A DNA stretch of 64,000 bases from Torpedo marmorata (taxonomy: Eukaryota). Of this stretch, positions 57,198 to 64,000 are shown one piece after another. The notes beneath the pieces are model-generated. The model ran no database searches, had not been told where the DNA came from, and was given only the letters and a program-made list of their open reading frames with translations. Position 1 is the first letter of the stretch. Every line of letters starts with the position of its first letter. The position numbers were made by a program, and so were the translations under genes. The DNA lies in NCBI GenBank assembly GCA_977017645.1, contig OZ360231.1, positions 78,120,001-78,184,000 on the forward strand, written 5' to 3'.

Positions 57198-60100
57198 GAG
57201 ACTTCCGGTTGGCTGCATATGGGGTAACAGCAGCAATCTAACTTACTTTACAGTTCTTCTGTCTACTCAGTTCTTTATTCTACAACTAAAGTGCTCCATA
57301 TTATTTGCCTTTCTTTCTTCTATTTATACTTGCACTGAAATGGCTACAAGAAGCAAATTTGTGAAGAAAGAAGATGTGCCAACGAATCTGACTATGGAGA
57401 CTATCACTGAGGTACTGAATAAGCACAGACAGATGATAACCGACGATCTTAAAGAAGTCTTGGGTCAGATTAACACTAAACTTGACCAAGTCCAAAAACT
57501 AACTAAAGAACACGGTGAACGTTTGACAACTGTTGAACAGGAATTGAGCAACTTAACTGAACGTGTTGATGAAATGGAAAATACATGCTCCGGATTAAGT
57601 GACAGTAATGTGAAATTTACAGCGAAAGTCATTAATCTGGAAGGTTAGAGGGAATTGAACATAAAGTTTCCCTTTATGCAGATGATCTTCTGCTCTACTT
57701 ATCAAACCCTGACACTTCTTTACCGTCCACGCTGTTAATACTTTCCCAATTTAGTAAGTTTTCAGGATATAGATTAAATCTGCATAAAAGTGAACTTTTC
57801 CCTTTGAATACACCTGCATCAGTGTATACCAATTTCCCTTTTAAGATTGTGGATAACCAATTTAAATATCTTGGTATTACAGTTACAAAGAATCATAAGT
57901 ACCTTTTTAAAGAAAATGTTCTTACATTATTAAAGCATGTGGAACAGTCTTTAACACAATGGTTGCCCCTCTCTTTATCCCTGGTCAGTCGTATTAATTC
58001 TATTAAAATGAATATCTTACCTAAATTTTTATATCTTTTTCAGTCAATACCAATTTTCATTCCCAAATCTTTTGATTCACTTGATTCGATTATATCGTCT
58101 TATATATGGAAGGGTAAGCGCCCTCGTCTAAACAAAATTCATCTTCAAAAACCTAAAAGGAACGGAGGCATGGTGCTACCTAATTTCAGATTTTACTACT
58201 GGGCGGTCAATACACATAACCTTATGTTTTGGTTACATTTTCATAACCGAGTGGACAGTCCAGTATGGGTAGCAATGGAGTTGAATTCTGCTAAAAAACC
58301 TTTCCATTCCAGCACTTCTTGGATCCTCACTTCCTTTCTCTTTAAATAAATCAATTAATAATCCAGTTGTCAGGCACACTGAGAGTGTGGTTGCAGTTTA
58401 GAAAACACTTTGGACTTTATGGTTTTTCTCTTTCAAGTCCTATTTTAACCAATCATCTTTTTCAACCTTCTTTACACGATCCTGTTTTTAATGAATGGTT
58501 TAGATTAGGTATTGAACGCTTCAAAGATATTTTTATTGATAATAGCTTTGCGTCATTTGAACAGCTTTCTGGAAAGTTCAATTTACCAAATACTCATTTT
58601 TTCAGATATTTGCAAATCAGACATTTTCTTAAATCTCAGATACCTACAAAATATCGGAAATGTGTTTCAGATGTGGTGGAGAAATTGGAACTTTCCTGCA
58701 CTCCCCTTGGTCCTGTGCAAAGGTACGACCCTTTTGGTATGATATATCTAATACACTAACCAGAATTACGGGGTAGCCTTTCCACTGGACCTGGAGTTGT
58801 ATCTCCTAGGAAATATAATGGACATAAGCTAAAAATTATCTAAATTCCAAATTCAATTTGTGCTAGTTGCTTTGTCCGTAGCAGTCACTTGGAAGTCCGA
58901 TTCCCCCCTACTTATCACTCGATGGTCATCAGAAATGCACAGCTGTATTCCTATGGAGAAAATTACATATAATCTTAGGAATAGATACGGTATATTTGTA
59001 AAAGTGTGGCAACCATACCTGGAGTATGTGGGGGTCCAGTTGTAATTCAAACCCTGAAGTACAATACAATATAGCGTAGAAATATTTAACAGTGCGGCGC
59101 CTCCAAAAAGATTGAAAAATCAATGTAAGCACTGACGGTACGTTTAGTTTTTCATTTTCTTTCTTTTCTTTTGTATGTTTTATTTTCTTTTTTCAGTTGG
59201 GGGGAGGGAGAGTTTAATGATAATGTTGTATATAGTTGTAAATCATATATTTTCTGCTTATATTGTGGACTTTAAAAATAAAAAAATAAAATATTCCAAA
59301 AAAAATCTCAGATACCTGATTTTCCTCGGGCATCTGATGCGAACATTGTTGATGTGTTATTTAGGCTACAACATTTTCACACAGGTTTAATATCTATTAT
59401 TTATGATAAGCTGGTGGGTTTGAGACATGCCCCTCTAGTTAAAATTAAAAATGCCTGGGAACAGGATTTAAATCTCACATTAATGGACGAAGTCTGGGAT
59501 TTAATTCTTAAAATGGTTAATTCCACATCCCTATGTGCCCGTCATAGTTTGTTACAATTTAAAGTTGTACATAGGGCTCATATGTCTAAAGCTAAATTAT
59601 CTCGTATTTAGTTAGATGTAAATTCTTCTTGTGATAAATGCAAAAGAGAAGAGGCTTCTTTAATTCATATGTTTTGGACGTGACCTAGCCTTGAAAAATA
59701 CTGGAGGGAGGTTTTTCAAACTCTATCTTTAATTCTTAACGTAAATTTAGAGCCTAATCCTTTGGTCTCTCTTTTTGGTACAACTGGAGAGGATGATATT
59801 CTTTTAACTCCAATTAAATGTCGTACTCTGTCTTTTGCATCTCTCTTGGCTAGACATGTGATATTGTTCAGATGGCTGAGGGACATTATGTTCTGTTTAA
59901 ATTTAGAAAAGATACATTACTCAATTAATAATTCAAGTATAAGGTTTCAAATGCTGTGGGGACCATTCCTGAATTACTTTCATAACCTCTAGGCATAATA
60001 TTATTTTCCAATTTTAATATTTGCCATTTTATTTCATGAACGAAGTACATATTTTCTTTAGTCATACACCTTGGGTTAGGGGATAGGGGTTAGAATCATG

Positions 60101-60269
60101 CTATACGTGGAAAAAAAATTATTTTTGATGTAAGTTTGAATTATGGTTGCATTATATGTGTTGTATAATTTGGTGAGTTATGTAATTTGTCATTAATATT
60201 ATGCATTCCATAAATGTTTCGTATATATATGCTTATTTGTGAAAATCAATAAAAAATATTTAAAAAGGA
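57198..60269 (+). mobile_element. L1 with both termini but a large internal deletion
   Basis: 5' gagacttccgg and an ORF1 coiled coil (57340-57645) joined to RT HKVSLYADDLL. 12-bp TSD AAGAAATCAACC. Confidence 0.88.
58646..59302 (+). mobile_element. L1 3' fragment nested in L1
   Basis: AVTWKSDSPLLITRW. 15-bp TSD AAATCTCAGATACCT. Confidence 0.88.
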
Positions 60270-61824
60270 AAGAAATCAACCATTCTCAATCTTTCTTTTA
60301 CCAAATGATATTACAAACAAATCTAATTCTGCCACTTTTTTACGACATGACATAATCCTGGCTAAACATGGGGAAATCTGTAGTTGTTTTCAAATGACAG
60401 TAAACATTTAATTTGTAAACAGCTGACAAAGCAGGCCTGGTACATGTCTGTGTGATGAGAGTGTGCAATTGGCAGACTTCCGTTTGGTATCAAATTCTTT
60501 CCTTGTAATGCCATCACAATCAGCTCTCCTCACCTGCCCTGTCAGAACCAATCTTCAGACATGAAGCACAATTAGTCAGAGGGTACCAAGATCTAACCAT
60601 CAGTTCCTCAATTAACTATGAATAAGGAATCAAGTATACTAGAGGATGAAGTTTTTCCTTTTGTAACCATAGCTTCAAGGTTCAATGTTCCTTTCGTTGT
60701 CATGTAATAATACAAAAAATGTAACATGGACAATATACATCAACTTTTGCCTGCCATAAAGGCAAACAAAGAGTCGCCCTTAGCATTGCCCAGCACCCCC
60801 AATAATCAAAGAAAGAGAATGAAAGGCAACTTACTCAATTACAATCTCAATGGCTTATCACAAACAGTTGAAGCTTAACTAAAAACAGTCACACATAAGT
60901 CCTGAGCGATTTCTGCCCAGAACTACATCGCATTCTTTTTCTACCCAGAACTACATCGCATTCTTTTTCTGCATCTTTTATTTATTATCCCTGCCTCCTC
61001 CAGGTCAAGAGCCAACAATGCAAGAGAAAGTACCGATTTAGCTCGCTGCTCAATTGATGACAATACTTTTTTTTAAATGATTTATATATTTGACAATAAC
61101 CTGCATTGATAGATTTCCACCACATTATGCAGCCTCGCTGTTTGTGATGTGTTAGAATGGTCTGGGATCATGAAAAGTGCTCTGATAGGGTGCTGATGAA
61201 TTTTGTTTGATTTAACTGAAATCAGAAGATTTACTTCACTGTCATTTCTCTTCTTACAGTTCGGAATGCATCACCTAAATATGCTTGATAGAATGAGAAA
61301 GGTGTGGCTTTAGCAGTATTTCAGATATTAAGATTTACGTCACAGAGATTACAGTGGATGTATTTCATCCCCAAGCCTGCGACACCAAACCAGCATTTCC
61401 ACGAAGGCAAGGAACACATCCCATGTTTTTAAAAGCGTACTATTTAGGTACTGTACTTCAGCGCCACAATTAATTGGAAAAAGATACCGGTAATTAATAA
61501 CCCTTGGAAAACTTTTAAGTCATTGCAAGTATTGTCTCATGATGCTTTCAGTTTGACCTTGCAATATCCTATGTATCATAAACTTTGATCTTAGAAGAGT
61601 AACTGCTGGTCGACGATAGAGTTTCTGGAGGTCACGCCTGTAAATTAAGTGTCTTCTTATGTAGTTCCTCAGGGAAAACCAGTTCCGTTGATTTTGGGGT
61701 GACGAAAGAGGCCAATGTCGGGCTGCACCAGGGGTAGTTTAGGAGGCAATGTGTTCCTTCTACCAAATAGATCAATTACAAGCAGACAAATTGGAGACAG
61801 TGATGAACCAGAATTTTATGAAAC

Positions 61825-62211
61825 TGGAGGAGGAGGAGGAGGAATGGGGGAGGAGGAGGAAGAGGAATGGAGGAGAAGAGGAGGGGAGGAGGAATGGAGG
61901 AGGAGGAGGAAGAGGAGGAGGAATGGAGGAGGAAGTTGAAGAGGAGTGGAGGAGGAATAGAGGAGGAGGAATAGAGGAGGAGGAGGAATGGAGGAGGAGG
62001 AGGAATAGAGGAGGAGGAGGAATAGAGGAGGAGGAGGAATAGAGGAGGAGGAGGAAGAATGATGGAGGAGGAGGAATAGAGGATGAGGACCAATGGAGGA
62101 GGAGGAGGAGAAGAAGCAATGGAGAAGGAGGAGGAGGAGGAATGGAGGAGGAGGAGAAGGAGGAGGGAGGATGGAGGAGGAGAATGGAGGAGGAGGAGGA
62201 TGGAGGAGGAG
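61825..62211. repeat. (GGA)n-rich purine tract
   Basis: Seen directly; abuts the assembly gap. Confidence 0.95.
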
Positions 62212-62454
62212 NNNNNNNNNNNNNNNNNNNNNNNNNNNNNNNNNNNNNNNNNNNNNNNNNNNNNNNNNNNNNNNNNNNNNNNNNNNNNNNNNNNNNNNNN
62301 NNNNNNNNNNNNNNNNNNNNNNNNNNNNNNNNNNNNNNNNNNNNNNNNNNNNNNNNNNNNNNNNNNNNNNNNNNNNNNNNNNNNNNNNNNNNNNNNNNNN
62401 NNNNNNNNNNNNNNNNNNNNNNNNNNNNNNNNNNNNNNNNNNNNNNNNNNNNNN
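62212..62454. other. Assembly gap (243 N)
   Basis: Run of N. Confidence 1.
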
Positions 62455-62630
62455 TCTCCCCCCCTCCCCCTCTCTCCCCCCCTCCCTCCCCCCCGTTCGG
62501 ACGCATGCCGGCATTTTCTCATACTTTGATGAAGGGCTCAAGCCCGAAACGTTGGTTATGTATTTCTACCTTTGCTACATAAAGGGCACTGTTTGACCTG
62601 CTGAGTTCTCCAGCATTTGTGTTTTTTACT
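62455..62630 (+). mobile_element. Penelope-like 3' terminus with hammerhead-like motif (62520-62560)
   Basis: Matches 29790-29944. Confidence 0.88.
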
Positions 62631-62634
62631 AAGC

Positions 62635-62884
62635 ACCAGATGGCGGCGCTACTGCGCATGCGCACCAGGTCCCCGGCAGTTGCGACGGCCCTCCCGGCGT
62701 TCTTCACGAGCCGTCGCCGTTGAACGCGTTTTCTGCAAGTGAGCGACACTGATGAACGACGTTTGTCGCGTGAACGATTACAGTTCTCGCTGGGATTTAG
62801 AGATCAACACAGCTGAGCTTTCCCAGAGAGCCCGCGTCACAAGCTGGTGCACATGCGCACTGCACGAGGACGAGAAGGTGAGTT
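62635..62884 (+). promoter_or_regulatory. CpG-rich promoter or first exon of an unidentified gene
   Basis: YY1-like AGATGGCGGC, NRF1 TGCGCATGCGCA, a second ACATGCGCA, and donor AAG|GTGAGT at 62877/62878. Confidence 0.6.
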
Positions 62885-63109
62885 GATCGGTTTCAGTGTT
62901 TAAAGCGCAGGCAGAGAAATGTGCAATGGAATGGCAGTCACGTGGTTAAATGGGGCGATGCAGATGCTTCATTTGTGCAAGGTCCACCCGTCATCAACCA
63001 GCACCGTCTTGATTGTGTTGTGTGGAATCCCCTTCATAGAGTTTGTAGTGTATTCTAGGCTTAGATATACACAAGCACACGGAGACTTGGTGCCTCATTC
63101 ATACTTTAT

Positions 63110-63480
63110 TCATACAACGACATAGGGAGGAATAGAGAAGAAGTCCTTAAAAGTGAGTACAGGCAGTTAGGTAGGGAGTTAAAAAGAAGGACCACAAAGG
63201 GGGTAATCTCCGGATTACTCCCTGTGCCACGTGACAGTGAGAGTAGGAATAGAATGAGGTGGAGGATTAACACGTAGCTGAAGGGGTGGAGTAAGGGGCA
63301 GGGTTTCAAGTTTCTGGATCACTGGGACCTTTTTTGGGGGAGATGTGACCTGTACAGTAAGGACGGGTTACACTTGAATCCCAGGGGGACCAGGATCCTG
63401 GCAGGGGTATTTGCTAGGGCTACTCAGGAGCCTTTAAACTGGAATGGTTGGGGGGAGGGAGCAAAATAGTACAGAGCAGT
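63110..63480 (+). mobile_element. CR1 ORF1 esterase (SGNH-like) fragment
   Basis: Translates as VISGLLPVPR...GFKFLDHWDLFWGRCDLYSKDGLHLNPRGT. Confidence 0.8.
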
Positions 63481-63503
63481 AAGGAGAAGGTTAGAATGCA
63501 AAC

Positions 63504-64000
63504 ATTCTATCTGCCGAGGGAGTTCACCGCCATCATCCTGGTCGCAGTGTACATTCCGCCCCAGGCTAACGTCAGGCTGGCACTGGAGGGACTGAGCACT
63601 GTGATAAACAGCCATGAGACAGCACATCCTGATGCCTTCCCGATCATTGTGGGAGACTTCAATCAGGCCAACCTGAAGAAGTCACTGACAAACTACCACC
63701 AACACATCACTTGCGAGACCAGGGGAACCAACACACTCGACCACTGCTACACCACCGTGAAGAACGCATACCGAGCCATACCACGACCGCACTTCGGCAA
63801 GTCTGATCACCTGGCTGTACTTCTACTCCCGGCGTACAAGCAGAGACTAAAGTCCACAGCAACAGTGGAGAGGACAGCGAAAGTGTGGTCAAGGGAGGCG
63901 GAGGAGCGTCTGCAGGACTGCTTTGACTCGGTGGACTGGAACATATTCAAGCACTCAGCCATAGACATAAATGAATATGCAACAGGTGTCACCGACTTCA
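63504..64000 (+). mobile_element. Rex1/Babar endonuclease region (runs off the window)
   Basis: FYLPREFTAIILVAVYIPP...VGDFNQANL...TLDHCY...FGKSDHLAV. Confidence 0.88.

Noticed and set aside
60913-60970. 28-bp tandem duplication
   Set aside because: An isolated slippage duplication with no further structure.
61715-62596. Glu/Gly/Pro/Ser-rich ORFs
   Set aside because: Translations of a GGA microsatellite and an N gap.
25200-64000. CERS1 or BMP2 exons near the GDF gene
   Set aside because: No recognisable coding motifs were found by eye, although short exons could have been missed.

Overview
Eukaryotic, repeat-dense vertebrate DNA. The repeat mix (V-SINEs, Deu-SINE, CR1, Rex1/Babar, L1, Penelope) suggests a cartilaginous fish, probably a ray or skate (inference). 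The only recognisable host protein-coding gene is a two-exon Vg1/Dvr1 (GDF1/GDF3-family) TGF-beta ligand on the minus strand (25181..24875 + 24431..23632, 368 aa). A CpG-rich promoter or first exon of an unidentified gene lies at about 62.6-62.9 kb. The rest is heavily nested transposons: a Gmr1-type Gypsy whose 3' LTR was invaded by a BEL/Pao element, a Blackjack-type hAT containing a Rex1 LINE and a CsRN1-type Gypsy, solo LTRs, several L1s, and many Penelope-like elements with minimal hammerhead-like motifs. The most striking observation is that the BEL/Pao polyprotein has an N-terminal SAP-like domain and, where RT should be, an intronless segment of about 100 aa resembling host MIPOL1. This is an apparent host-gene capture inside an almost intact reading frame of about 1300 aa. 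All family assignments come from recalled motifs, not database searches, and boundaries without a stated TSD are approximate.
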